Source of the DNA: Candidatus Latescibacterota bacterium
Lineage (GTDB): Bacteria; JAAXHH01
Reading direction: 5' to 3'
Length of the DNA stretch: 64,000 bases
Assembly (NCBI GenBank): GCA_012270975.1
Contig: JAAXHH010000141.1
Location: forward strand, 343,089-407,088
The translations under genes and the position numbers were made by a program. Below are positions 16,698-25,618 of this stretch, piece by piece (position 1 is the first letter of the stretch; every line of letters begins with the position of its first letter). Below the pieces are notes generated by a model. The model was not told the origin of the DNA and made no database searches. It saw nothing but the letters and a program-made list of their open reading frames with translations.

Positions 16698-16967
16698 TTA
16701 TCCGCGGATACCCAGTTCCTTGATCAGTTTACGATACCGTTCGATGTCGTGCCTGCGCAGGTAGGTGAGCAACCGGCGACGGCGCCCGACGATCTTCAAC
16801 AAGCCGCGCAGCGAGTGATGATCCTTCTTATGGACCTTGAAATGCTCCGTCAGTTCGGTGATCCGCGCGGTCATGAGGGCGATCTGCGCCTCGGGAGACC
16901 CCGTGTCCTTCTCGTGACGGCTGTGTTCGGCAAGGATCTGCTCTTTCTGTTCTTTCTCAATGCTCAC
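16698..16967 (-). CDS. rpsO: 30S ribosomal protein S15
   Basis: 89 aa. ..[50 protein letters not shown].. is a canonical S15 sequence. Confidence 0.95.
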   Translation of the reverse strand: MSIEKEQKEQILAEHSRHEKDTGSPEAQIALMTARITELTEHFKVHKKDHHSLRGLLKIVGRRRRLLTYLRRHDIERYRKLIKELGIRG

Positions 16968-16995
16968 TAAGTTCTCCTTAAATGAATTGGTTCGA

Positions 16996-17928
16996 TCACG
17001 CCTTCAACATATTGTACGTCGTATGCACGTCCTTTGTAATCTGGTCCTTGAGGGCCTCGACGGACGGGAAACGCTTTTCGTCCCGGATCCGCTCCACGAA
17101 TTCCACCTCGATCGTCCGATTGTACAGATCCCCTTCAAAATCCAGAATGTGTACCTCGCAATGTTCGACATCCTGTCCGAACGTGGGCCGCGTCCCGATG
17201 TTCATCACGCCGTTCAACACCGTTGCTTCCAGGCGTACCCGAACCGCGTAGACGCCCCGCTTCGGAATCAGCGCATGGGGGTCGTGCGCCGCCACATTCG
17301 CGGTGGGGTAGCGCAACTGGCTGCCCCGGCCGTCCCCGCGGACCACGGTGCCCGCGATCACGTAGGCGTGTCCGAGCAGGTGCTCGGCGGCCTGAATTTC
17401 TCCCGCGGCGAGGAGGGCTCGAATATGGCTGCTGTTTACTGAACTCCCTTCCATTTGTATCGGTTGAACCACCTGGACGGCGAATCCGTACCGCTCGCTC
17501 AACCGTTCCAGCAACAAGCGGTCTCCCCGTCCGTGTCTTCCGAAATTGTGGCTGTAGCCTACGACGATCTCCTGTATATCCAGCGCATCTGCATAGGTCG
17601 CCTTAACGAAGGACTCCGCCTCGATCCGGGCAAACTCGTCCGTGAAAGGAATGACGAGTACGGCATCGATTTCATATTGCGACAAAAGCTCCAGTTTCTG
17701 ACTGGTCGGCGTCAGGATCGGCAGGGACGGCTTTCTGCCGACGACCAGTTGCGGATGCGGGTCGAAGGTGACGACCATGCAGGGGGCGCTCAACGCGCGG
17801 GACCGTCCTATCGCCTGCTCGATAATCGCCCCGTGCCCCCGGTGAACCCCGTCGAAGTTGCCTGCGGCGATCACGGCCCGGGGACAGTACTTCGCCGCGT
17901 CTTCCACCGAGCGGAGGACCGTCGTCAA
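16996..17928 (-). CDS. ribF: bifunctional riboflavin kinase / FMN adenylyltransferase
   Basis: 310 aa. [10 protein letters not shown], ..FDPHP.., and the C-terminal kinase motifs [20 protein letters not shown] and ..RPTF... Confidence 0.9.
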   Translation of the reverse strand: MTTVLRSVEDAAKYCPRAVIAAGNFDGVHRGHGAIIEQAIGRSRALSAPCMVVTFDPHPQLVVGRKPSLPILTPTSQKLELLSQYEIDAVLVIPFTDEFARIEAESFVKATYADALDIQEIVVGYSHNFGRHGRGDRLLLERLSERYGFAVQVVQPIQMEGSSVNSSHIRALLAAGEIQAAEHLLGHAYVIAGTVVRGDGRGSQLRYPTANVAAHDPHALIPKRGVYAVRVRLEATVLNGVMNIGTRPTFGQDVEHCEVHILDFEGDLYNRTIEVEFVERIRDEKRFPSVEALKDQITKDVHTTYNMLKA

Positions 17929-18329
17929 CCTTCGTCTTCCCCTCTCTCCGCCGTAACCCGGTCCACCTGGCCGTCCGGGTCTTTTCCCGTGTGTTCGATG
18001 CTCCTCATCACATTCGAAATACGCTGTGCGTAGTCGAAGGACTCGTCGTATCGAAAAAGCAGTTCCGGTACGTGCCTCAGCTTGATCTTGCGGCCGAGTT
18101 GCGTCCTGATGTACCCCTTTGCCCTTTCGAGTCCCTCCAGGCTCGCGTCCTGGTCCGCCTTCGATCCGAGCACGCTGAAGTAGACCCGGGCGTGCCGCAG
18201 GTCGATGGACACCTCTACGGAAGTCACCGTCACGAATCCGATCCGGGGATCCTTCATCTCGTGCTGAATGATCTGGCTGACTTCCTGCTTGACCAGGTCA
18301 GCCACCCGTGCCGTCCGGCGGTGTGCCAT
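17925..18329 (-). CDS. rbfA: ribosome-binding factor A
   Basis: 134 aa. RVADLVKQEVSQII..DPRIGFVTVTSVEVSIDLRHARVYFSV..P.L.F.YD. It overlaps ribF by 4 nt. Confidence 0.9.
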   Translation of the reverse strand: MAHRRTARVADLVKQEVSQIIQHEMKDPRIGFVTVTSVEVSIDLRHARVYFSVLGSKADQDASLEGLERAKGYIRTQLGRKIKLRHVPELLFRYDESFDYAQRISNVMRSIEHTGKDPDGQVDRVTAERGEDEG

Positions 18330-18338
18330 GTCCTTCTC

Positions 18339-18620
18339 CTAGTACCACTCGAACGCGTGGTCCAGAACCTGCAGCCTGGGCTCGGCGTGCACGAGATTCA
18401 GGACCTGCTGCAGCGTCCTGTCGATATAACCTTTCTCCTCGGAGACCATGGCAAGGCCCAGGGTCGCCCGCTGCCAGAGCGACTGGTGGTCCACCTCGGC
18501 GACGGACACGTTGAATCGGTTCCGGATCCGGTCCTTCAGCCCCTTGACCACCTGCCTCTTGGCCTTCAGCCAGCGGCTTTCGGGAATGAAGACGTCGATC
18601 CGGCAAAGCCCTACGATCAT
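18339..18620 (-). CDS. DUF503 family protein
   Basis: 93 aa. MIVGLCRIDVFIPESRWLKAKRQVVKGLKDRIRNRFNVSVAEVD shows the typical DUF503 pattern. It occupies the usual position between infB and rbfA. Confidence 0.75.
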   Translation of the reverse strand: MIVGLCRIDVFIPESRWLKAKRQVVKGLKDRIRNRFNVSVAEVDHQSLWQRATLGLAMVSEEKGYIDRTLQQVLNLVHAEPRLQVLDHAFEWY

Positions 18621-18627
18621 GGTTAAC

Positions 18628-20886
18628 TTATCGCGTCTGGAGCTGCCTGGCGACTTCCCGTGTCTCGTAGACCTCGATGGTATCGTCCTGCTTGATGTCC
18701 TGGAAACCCTCGATGGTCAGGCCGCACTCAAACCCGGACTGCACTTCGCGGACATCCTCCTTGAACCTCCGCAGGGAGCCTACCGTGCTTTCGTAGACGA
18801 CAATCCCGTCGCGAATGAGCCGGATGTTGGCGTTGCGGGCCACGTTGCCCGACTGCACGTAACATCCCGCGATGTTCCCCACGCGGGGCGCCCTGAATAT
18901 CTCCCTGACTTCCACCACGCCCACTACCTGCTCTTCGATATCCGGTTTCAACATGCCTTCCAGGGCGTCCGTGACGTCCTGGATCACCCGGTAGATGATA
19001 TCGTACAGGCGGACATCGACTTTTTCCCGCTCGGCCAGCGCCCGCGCCTGGGCGTTCGGCCGCACGTGGAATCCGATGATGATGGCATTCGACGCGGTGG
19101 CGAGCAGGACGTCGGATTCGTTTATGGCACCGATACCCGTGTGTATGATCCGGATTTTGACTTCGTCGTTCTCCAGGCGCAGCAGCGAATCGCTCAGCGC
19201 TTCCACGGAACCGCCGACGTCTCCCTTGACGATCACCGGGAGCTCCTGGATCTCGCCTTCCTTGATCTGGTCGTAGATGTCCTCGAGCGTAATGGGCTTG
19301 GCCTGGCGGAACTCGTGCTCGCGGCGCATCTGCCGGCGCCGTGATCCGATCTCCCGCGCCAGGGACTCCGATTCCACGACGGCGAAGGCGTCTCCGACCT
19401 GGGGCATGCCCGAGAATCCCATGATCTGCACGGGGGTGGACGGACCCGCCGCCTCGATCCGAGCGCCCCGTTCGTTGAGCAGCGCCCTTACGCGGCCACT
19501 GAACTGGCCCGCCACGAAGGGCTCGCCGACCTGCAGCCTGCCCTGCTGGATGAGGACGGTGGCGAGCGTGCCCCGTCCACGGTCCAGCTCGGCTTCGACC
19601 ACGACACCCTGCGCCCGCCGGTTGTGGTTCGCCTTGAGGTCGAGTATCTCGGACTGGAGCAGCACCATCTCCAGGATATGGCTCACGCCCAGTCCGGTCA
19701 GGGCCGAAACCTCGCAGGCGATGATGTCGCCGCCCCAGTCTTCCACCAGCAGTCCGTGCTGGCTCAGTTGTTCCTTTATCCGGTCCGGGCGGGCCGTTTC
19801 GAGATCCATTTTGTTGAGGGCCACGATGATGGGCACCTCGGCGGCCTTGGCGTGATCGATGGCCTCGATCGTCTGCGGCATGACCTCCTCGTCGGCCGCC
19901 ACGACCAGGATGACGATGTCGGTCACCTGCGTGCCCCGGGCGCGCATGGCGGAAAAGGCCTCGTGGCCCGGCGTGTCGAGGAAGGTGATCTGGCCGCCTT
20001 CCAGGTCCACTTCGTAGGCGCCGATATGCTGCGTTATGCCGCCGGCCTCGCCGGCGATCACGTTGCTTTCCCGGATGTAGTCGAGGAGCGAGGTCTTGCC
20101 GTGGTCCACGTGCCCCATGATGGTTACGACGGGCGGCCGGGACTCCAGGACGGCGTCGTCATCTTCTTCGTCTTCTTCGATATACTCCAGGCCGTACTCG
20201 GACTGTTCCTCGACGTCAAAACCGAATTCCGCGGCGACGGTCATCAGGGTATCCATGTCCAGCCGCTGGTTGATGGTGATCATGAGGCCGAGTTGCAGGC
20301 ATTTCGATACGACTTCGGTGGGAGATACGGAAAGGTGCTCGGCCAGTTCGCCCGCGGAGATGAACTCCGGAACGCGCACGACGTTCGCGGACGCTTCGTC
20401 CTCTTCGCCCTCTTCCCGGTCGCCGCGGCGGCGCCGGCGGCGCGTTCGGGTGCTGTCCATCTGGGCTATGGTCCGGCGTACGCTGGCTTCCACTTCCTTC
20501 TGGTCGACCTTCGCCTTCTTCTTCTTCTTGGATCGACGGCGGCGGCCACGGACGTCGCCATCGCCTTTTTCCACCTGGGTGGAAGGCTTTTCATCCTTCT
20601 TGGCCGCCGGTTTCGGTTCGGCCTTCTGCTTGCCCCTGCTCGGGCCTTCCTTCACCGCCTTCGCCCTGGCGGACCGGTCCGACGCGATTTTCTTCTTGCG
20701 GTCCTGTTCCTCGCGGGCCGCCAGTTTCTCCTGCTCGAACCGCATGTTGACGTCGAGGACCATCTTCTCGTCCATGACGCTCATGTGGCTTTTGACCGTG
20801 TGGTTCAGATCGCGGAGCATCTGGACGAGCGCGTTGCTCGATATATTGTATTGCTTTGCTACTTCGTAGATTCTCTTCGACGCCAT
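18628..20886 (-). CDS. infB: translation initiation factor IF-2
   Basis: 752 aa. G-domain motifs [17 protein letters not shown] and NKMD. Charged low-complexity N-terminal region. Confidence 0.95.
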   Translation of the reverse strand: MASKRIYEVAKQYNISSNALVQMLRDLNHTVKSHMSVMDEKMVLDVNMRFEQEKLAAREEQDRKKKIASDRSARAKAVKEGPSRGKQKAEPKPAAKKDEKPSTQVEKGDGDVRGRRRRSKKKKKAKVDQKEVEASVRRTIAQMDSTRTRRRRRRGDREEGEEDEASANVVRVPEFISAGELAEHLSVSPTEVVSKCLQLGLMITINQRLDMDTLMTVAAEFGFDVEEQSEYGLEYIEEDEEDDDAVLESRPPVVTIMGHVDHGKTSLLDYIRESNVIAGEAGGITQHIGAYEVDLEGGQITFLDTPGHEAFSAMRARGTQVTDIVILVVAADEEVMPQTIEAIDHAKAAEVPIIVALNKMDLETARPDRIKEQLSQHGLLVEDWGGDIIACEVSALTGLGVSHILEMVLLQSEILDLKANHNRRAQGVVVEAELDRGRGTLATVLIQQGRLQVGEPFVAGQFSGRVRALLNERGARIEAAGPSTPVQIMGFSGMPQVGDAFAVVESESLAREIGSRRRQMRREHEFRQAKPITLEDIYDQIKEGEIQELPVIVKGDVGGSVEALSDSLLRLENDEVKIRIIHTGIGAINESDVLLATASNAIIIGFHVRPNAQARALAEREKVDVRLYDIIYRVIQDVTDALEGMLKPDIEEQVVGVVEVREIFRAPRVGNIAGCYVQSGNVARNANIRLIRDGIVVYESTVGSLRRFKEDVREVQSGFECGLTIEGFQDIKQDDTIEVYETREVARQLQTR

Positions 20887-20889
20887 ACG

Positions 20890-21225
20890 CTAAAACGTTT
20901 CCTCTATTCGTGCCGGACCGGCCTTCTTCAGCATGCCGCTCGCGAAATGCCGGTCCGATATGGACAGCACCACTTTGGGCGCCCGGTTCAGGCAGGAGCC
21001 CAGTTCCAGGCTGGTATGACACTCGAGCACAGGAACGCCACGGGAACCCGCCAGTCTTCTGAAGGAGCGTTTCGTCCCCTCGGACGCATCCTCGGCCAGG
21101 ATGACCAGCCGCGACTTGCCCCCGTGAATGGATTTCTTAACGGCTTCCGTACCCCCCTTTACCTGGCCTGCGCGCACGGCGAGACCCAAGAGTCCGGTCA
21201 CCGACGGATGATCGCTTTTCGTCAA
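20890..21225 (-). CDS. L7Ae/L30e/S12e/Gadd45 family RNA-binding protein (YlxQ-like)
   Basis: 111 aa. LLGLAVRAGQVKGGTEAVKKSI..GKSRLVILAEDASE, located between nusA and infB. Confidence 0.7.
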   Translation of the reverse strand: MTKSDHPSVTGLLGLAVRAGQVKGGTEAVKKSIHGGKSRLVILAEDASEGTKRSFRRLAGSRGVPVLECHTSLELGSCLNRAPKVVLSISDRHFASGMLKKAGPARIEETF

Positions 21226-21244
21226 GTCTGCAGGTCCTTTGCGC

Positions 21245-22504
21245 TTACTGCACCGCGGTCATGATCTTATCGGCCGTTACCCCGCCGATCCCGGAGATTT
21301 CCTGCAGGTCGTCGGCTGTGGCCTGCTGCAGGGACTCCACTGTCGTGTAGCCCGCGTCTTCCAGCTTCTGCCTCAGTTTCTCCGAAATGCCTTCTATTTC
21401 GGCGAGCGTCCCGGCTTCATCCGTGTCGGAATCATCCGCGCCGAAGGTCTCGGAAATAAGCTGCTTTTCGAGATCCGAACGTTTGATCAGATCGATATTC
21501 CATCCGGTGAGCTTCACCGCGAGCCGGGCATTCTGGCCGGCCTTTCCAATAGCCAGCGAAAGCTGGTCATCCTCGACCACCACGCGCATGTCCTTCTTTT
21601 CTATGTCCAGGATCTGGACCTGGGCCACCTCGGCGGGACGCAATGCCTGGGTGACGAAGGCGGAGGGGTCGTTGCTCCACGGCACGATGTCGATCCGCTC
21701 GTTGTTGAGTTCGCGGACGACCGCCTGTACCCGCGTACCCTTCATGCCCACGCACGCTCCTACCGCGTCCACCCGGTCATCGTGGGACAGGACGGCGATC
21801 TTGGACCGGTCTCCCGGTTCCCGCGCGGACGCCTTGATCTCCACGATGCCCTCGTGGATCTCCGGCACTTCCATCCTGAACAGGAGTTCCAGGAAAGCCT
21901 CGCAGCTCCGCGAGAGAATGACCTGGGGGCCCTTTATGGCGTTCTGCACGTCCAGGATGAAGGCGCGAATGGTCTCGCCCTGGCGGTATCTTTCCCTTCG
22001 AATCTGCTCCCGCCACGGAAGCAACGCCTCGGTGCGCTCGATCTTGACGATGATATTGCCCCGGTCCACCTGCTGGACACTGCCGATCACGATTTCGTTG
22101 ACCCGGTCCTTGTACAGCTCGTAGACATTTTCCCGTTCCGCCTCCCGGACGCGCTGCACGACGACCTGCTTCACCGCCTGAATCGCGTTGCGTCCGAACT
22201 CCTCGAAGGCCAGCTCCTGTTCGACCCGGCCGCCGACTTCCGCCTCCGGATTGATGTCCAGCGCGGCATCGAGGGTGATCTGCGTCTCGGGATCCTCCAC
22301 CTCGTCCACCACGTCCCAGACCGCCGCCATTTCGATCGTGCCCAGTTTTTCGTCGACACGTACCTCGACGTTGTCGTCGCCCGTGCCGAATCTCTTCTTC
22401 GCCGCCGTGACCAGGCCGGTCTTCACCGTGTCCCAGACCACTTCACGTTCCACGTTCTTTTCCCGAATGATCTGCGCAAGCGCTTCGATTACCTCGTAAT
22501 TCAT
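21245..22504 (-). CDS. nusA: transcription termination/antitermination factor NusA
   Basis: 419 aa. N-terminal domain, S1 domain, two KH domains (..GACVGMKGTRVQAVVRELNNERIDIV.., ..LAIGKAGQNARLAVKLTGWNIDL..) and a C-terminal HhH. Confidence 0.95.
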   Translation of the reverse strand: MNYEVIEALAQIIREKNVEREVVWDTVKTGLVTAAKKRFGTGDDNVEVRVDEKLGTIEMAAVWDVVDEVEDPETQITLDAALDINPEAEVGGRVEQELAFEEFGRNAIQAVKQVVVQRVREAERENVYELYKDRVNEIVIGSVQQVDRGNIIVKIERTEALLPWREQIRRERYRQGETIRAFILDVQNAIKGPQVILSRSCEAFLELLFRMEVPEIHEGIVEIKASAREPGDRSKIAVLSHDDRVDAVGACVGMKGTRVQAVVRELNNERIDIVPWSNDPSAFVTQALRPAEVAQVQILDIEKKDMRVVVEDDQLSLAIGKAGQNARLAVKLTGWNIDLIKRSDLEKQLISETFGADDSDTDEAGTLAEIEGISEKLRQKLEDAGYTTVESLQQATADDLQEISGIGGVTADKIMTAVQ

Positions 22505-22522
22505 TACCTGGAACTCCCTCTC

Positions 22523-23005
22523 CTAACCTTTATTCCATCCTTGTTCCAACTCCCGGTGGGCTTTCCTGATGCTTTCGACGGGTATTCGGTGCTTCTCTCC
22601 GCCGCAAACGATTTCGACCGTGCCGTCCCCGATGCCCTGGAGACACCCCACGCGGGTAACCGATCCTCCGTCACCGTCGACGGATACGACCTTGACCCAT
22701 TTGCCGAGGGCCCGCTGGTAGTCTCTTTCCGTCTTGAACGGCCGGTCCAGCCCGGGAGACGAGACCTCGAGCGTATAGCGGGACGGGATGGGGTCTTCCA
22801 TGTCGAGCAGGCAGGACAATTCGCGGTTTATTGCCACGCAGTCGTCGATCGTAACGCCGTCCGGCTTCTCGATCAGCAGTCTCAGGATGTAACTGCCCGG
22901 CCTGCCCGCCAGCTCCATATCCACCAATTCGAACCCGGCTTCGTCGACAAGCGGCCCGGCGAGCGACAATACGTTCCGGACAATCGAATCGCGGTCAATT
23001 TCCAT
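22523..23005 (-). CDS. rimP: ribosome maturation factor RimP
   Basis: 160 aa. ..GFELVDMELAGRPGSYILRLLIEKPDGVTIDDC..LEVSSPGLDRP.K. It lies immediately upstream of nusA. Confidence 0.9.
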   Translation of the reverse strand: MEIDRDSIVRNVLSLAGPLVDEAGFELVDMELAGRPGSYILRLLIEKPDGVTIDDCVAINRELSCLLDMEDPIPSRYTLEVSSPGLDRPFKTERDYQRALGKWVKVVSVDGDGGSVTRVGCLQGIGDGTVEIVCGGEKHRIPVESIRKAHRELEQGWNKG

Positions 23006-23038
23006 CGCGTGAATTCACGATTCATCCCGAAAACCACA

Positions 23039-23072
23039 TAAAAAAAGCGGGCACTACTTCGCCCACTTCTGC
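23039..23072 (-). terminator. intrinsic terminator on the minus strand (stem GTGGGC/GCCCGC, 8-nt loop, T7 tract)
   Basis: Minus strand reads GAAGTGGGCGAAGTAGTGCCCGCTTTTTTTAT. It lies upstream of rimP, so it would stop minus-strand transcripts arriving from the tRNA-Arg side. Confidence 0.55.
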
Positions 23073-23248
23073 AGCACCGCTCTAATATAGGGGGGCATGT
23101 TAAGCCAAGCAAGCAAAAAGTTTTACGTCGATTCCGGGCCCTTTCGAGGCGGTGCCTAAAAAGTCCTTGGATCGCGAAAAGACACAAAATATGTTTAGTC
23201 CTGTGGGGTACGTCGTATGACACGGTTCGGACCATCCAGGAGAACCGG

Positions 23249-24007
23249 ATGAAAAAGGCGGTATGCTATATCAGGGTCGGCCCGATGGAGACCCGCAAGC
23301 ATCCCTTTCGAAGGGCGGACCAGGAAAAGCGGCTTCGGTCTTACTGCGCCGAAAACGGTCTCGATACCATGCTGGTCATCCTCGACCTCCGCGTCGAGGC
23401 ATTCATCCCGCTTGAAGAACGGCTGGGCGGCCGGGACCTCGTCAACATGGTCGAGTCGAAGGGCATCCAGCATGTCGTGATCTGGCGCCTCGACCGGCTG
23501 TTCAGGTCGGCGTCCGAAACGTCCCGCCTCCTCAAGGCCTGGTCCGGCGAGGGGGTCGTGTGCCATGTGCTGGACCTCGACGGCCTGTCGGTCCGGACCG
23601 ACGGCGAAACGGGCCAGGTGGTCCTGAGCACGGCCACGGTGCTGGCCGGCATGGCCCACGACCTGCCCGCCGAACGTACGAGAAACGCGATCCGCCTGAA
23701 GAAGACCAACCGGTTCGCGTACGGCGTAACTCCTTATGGCTACGACCTTTCCGGCAACCAGCTGGTGCCGAACGCACGGGAGCAGGAAATCATCAGGCAG
23801 GTCAGGACCTGGCGCGCCGAGGGCAGGAGCCTGCGCAAGATCGCCGCTGAACTCAACGAGATGGGCGTTCCCACCAAGCGGGCTCAATCGGTCTCCCGCG
23901 AAACCCGCTGGTACGCGTCCACGGTCAGTTATCTGCTGAAAAACGAACTCTACCTGGCCGAAGAGGACGAAGATGGCCAGGGAAAGGGCGGGGCTGATCC
24001 GACGTGA
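23249..24007 (+). CDS. serine recombinase (resolvase/invertase catalytic domain plus partial 'recombinase' domain), probably inactive: Gly at the catalytic Ser position
   Basis: 252 aa. AVCYIRVGPME aligns to the YxRVS nucleophile motif with Ser replaced by Gly. VVIWRLDRLFRS matches the DRLxR motif. ..GYDL..NAREQEIIRQV..GRSLRKIAAELNEMGVPTKR..W..STVSYLLKNELY matches the recombinase domain. No zinc-ribbon or coiled-coil follows. The stop lies 2 nt from the tRNA-Arg 3' end. Confidence 0.7.
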   Translation: MKKAVCYIRVGPMETRKHPFRRADQEKRLRSYCAENGLDTMLVILDLRVEAFIPLEERLGGRDLVNMVESKGIQHVVIWRLDRLFRSASETSRLLKAWSGEGVVCHVLDLDGLSVRTDGETGQVVLSTATVLAGMAHDLPAERTRNAIRLKKTNRFAYGVTPYGYDLSGNQLVPNAREQEIIRQVRTWRAEGRSLRKIAAELNEMGVPTKRAQSVSRETRWYASTVSYLLKNELYLAEEDEDGQGKGGADPT

Positions 24008-24009
24008 TA

Positions 24010-24083
24010 TACGCCAGAGAGGATTCGAACCTCTGACCTACGGCTCCGGAGGCCGTCGCTCTATCCAGCTGAGCTACTGGCGC
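24010..24083 (-). tRNA. tRNA-Arg (anticodon CCG), no encoded CCA
   Basis: Minus strand: GCGCCAGTAGCTCAGCTGGATAGAGCGACGGCCTCCGGAGCCGTAGGTCAGAGGTTCGAATCCTCTCTGGCGTA. It folds as a cloverleaf with a 7-bp acceptor stem (G1-U72 wobble), D-loop AGCTCAGCTGGATAGAGC, anticodon loop CTCCGGA and T-loop GGTTCGAATCC. Confidence 0.85.
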
Positions 24084-24136
24084 GAGAGATTTCCACCCGA
24101 AATATAACGGACGGCTGCGGACCGTGTCAATCCATT

Positions 24137-25612
24137 TCAGGGGATGGCGGCGGGTTCGGAAAGCCGGCCGGAAGCGCCTTCGGCGTCTGTCGTAACTACC
24201 TCCACTTCGGCGAAGGTATTCATCCGTCCCGCCTGTGCCGCGTCGTCGTCGAACCACACCCTGAGCCCGTGGTCCGTCCTACCCGTCATGCCCCGCCAGG
24301 CCCCGCCGTCCCGGCCGTTCCGGCTGTCTCCGCCTGGCGGACGATGCCGGCCAGGCGGACCTTCCGATTCATCCTCGACCAGCACGGGCAGGGTCCTGCC
24401 CCTGAAACGGCTGTTATAGGCCGCCGATTTCCTATCGCTCAAGGTCCGAAGCAGCCGGCTTCGCTCCCGGGCAACGGGCGCGGGGACCTGGTCCGGCATC
24501 CGGGCGGCCCGGGTGTGGTCCCGCTTCGAATAGGTAAATACGTGGAAATAGGCGAAGGGCAGGCGGTCCAGCCAGTCGTACATGCGCTGAAACGAAGCGT
24601 CTGTTTCCCCCGGAAACCCCACCATGATATCCGCGCCGATGCAGATATTCGGCACAGCGTCGTCGAGCCGGCCGATCACGTCCCCGGCCTGACCGGCCGA
24701 ATAGGTCCTGCGCATGGCTTTCAGCAGGCCGTCGTCGCCGTGCTGAACGGCCAGGTGCAGGTACCGGCACAGCCTGGGCGCGTGCGCCTTGAGCAGGTCG
24801 ATGAGGTCCTGGTCAACCGCCGTGGGCCAGATGGAACTCAGCCTCAGGCGGGGCAGCGCGGTCTCTTCCAGGATCCGGCGTATGACCGAGTTCAGGGGAA
24901 CAGGCGCGGTCAGGTCCGATCCGTACTCGCCGAGGTGAACCCCGGTGAGCACGATTTCGGCATAACCCTTGTCTATCAGGGAACGGGCCTGGCGGAGCAC
25001 GGCGCCGGGCGGGAGGCTGCGGTGCCGGCCCCGGGCCCACGGTATGATGCAGAACGAGCAGAACTGATCGCAACCGTCCTGGATCTTGAGCATGGCCCGG
25101 GTGCGGTTTTCGAAGGTGGAGACGTCAAGACGCTCGTCGAAGCGCGTCATCTCCGCCCGGCGCGTCACCCTGGATACGGGATTGAGGTGCCCGCGCTCCC
25201 GCAGCACGTGTTCGACGAGATCGCCTTTCTCCACGTTGCCCAGAACGAGGTCCACCCCTTCGATTTCCAGAAGCTGCCCGGGATGGGTCTGGGCGTAGCA
25301 ACCCGTGGCCACGACGGTGGCCCCGGGCCGGCGCCAGGCGGTCCGCACGGCCCGGCGGAGAGACTGCCGGGCCCGCGCATCTGCCTGGTTCGTCACCGTG
25401 CAGGTGTTGACGACGTAGACATCGGCGGGCGCTGTGAAGGGCACGACACGGAAGCCCCGGGAAACGAACTGTTCCCGGATGGCCTCGGTCTCGTACTGAT
25501 TCAGACGGCAGCCCAGCGTGTGCAGGGCCACCGTCGGAGCATCCGTTGCGCAGGTTGCGGCCGGACCGGCCGGATCAGTCACGCTGAAACCCCTGTCCTG
25601 CCGGCCATGCAC
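24137..25612 (-). CDS. mtaB: MiaB-like tRNA methylthiotransferase (MtaB-type radical SAM enzyme)
   Basis: 491 aa. UPF0004 N-domain (LHTLGCRLNQYETE), radical SAM CxxxCxxC (CDQFCSFCIIPWARG) and a C-terminal TRAM-like region. Confidence 0.8.
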   Translation of the reverse strand: MHGRQDRGFSVTDPAGPAATCATDAPTVALHTLGCRLNQYETEAIREQFVSRGFRVVPFTAPADVYVVNTCTVTNQADARARQSLRRAVRTAWRRPGATVVATGCYAQTHPGQLLEIEGVDLVLGNVEKGDLVEHVLRERGHLNPVSRVTRRAEMTRFDERLDVSTFENRTRAMLKIQDGCDQFCSFCIIPWARGRHRSLPPGAVLRQARSLIDKGYAEIVLTGVHLGEYGSDLTAPVPLNSVIRRILEETALPRLRLSSIWPTAVDQDLIDLLKAHAPRLCRYLHLAVQHGDDGLLKAMRRTYSAGQAGDVIGRLDDAVPNICIGADIMVGFPGETDASFQRMYDWLDRLPFAYFHVFTYSKRDHTRAARMPDQVPAPVARERSRLLRTLSDRKSAAYNSRFRGRTLPVLVEDESEGPPGRHRPPGGDSRNGRDGGAWRGMTGRTDHGLRVWFDDDAAQAGRMNTFAEVEVVTTDAEGASGRLSEPAAIP

Positions 25613-25618
25613 CGGCGG

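Noticed and set aside
16690-16705. Two adjacent DnaA-box-like 8-mers (TTATCCAC, TTATCCGC)
   Set aside because: They overlap or abut the rpsO stop codon inside a housekeeping operon. There is no AT-rich unwinding element, no dnaA/dnaN nearby and no further boxes. This is most likely chance.
19624-21264. 546-aa plus-strand ORF
   Set aside because: Antisense shadow of infB and the ylxQ-like gene.
23008-23019. 12-bp palindrome CGTGAATTCACG just upstream of the rimP start codon
   Set aside because: It is a single short palindrome containing an EcoRI-type core, with no repeats or partner sites. I cannot distinguish it from chance.
21239-23041. 600-aa plus-strand ORF
   Set aside because: Antisense shadow of nusA and rimP. 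It has low-complexity Arg/Leu/Asp/His-rich composition.
23195-23887. 230-aa minus-strand ORF over the recombinase locus
   Set aside because: The opposite strand encodes recognisable resolvase and recombinase-domain motifs. The minus product has none.
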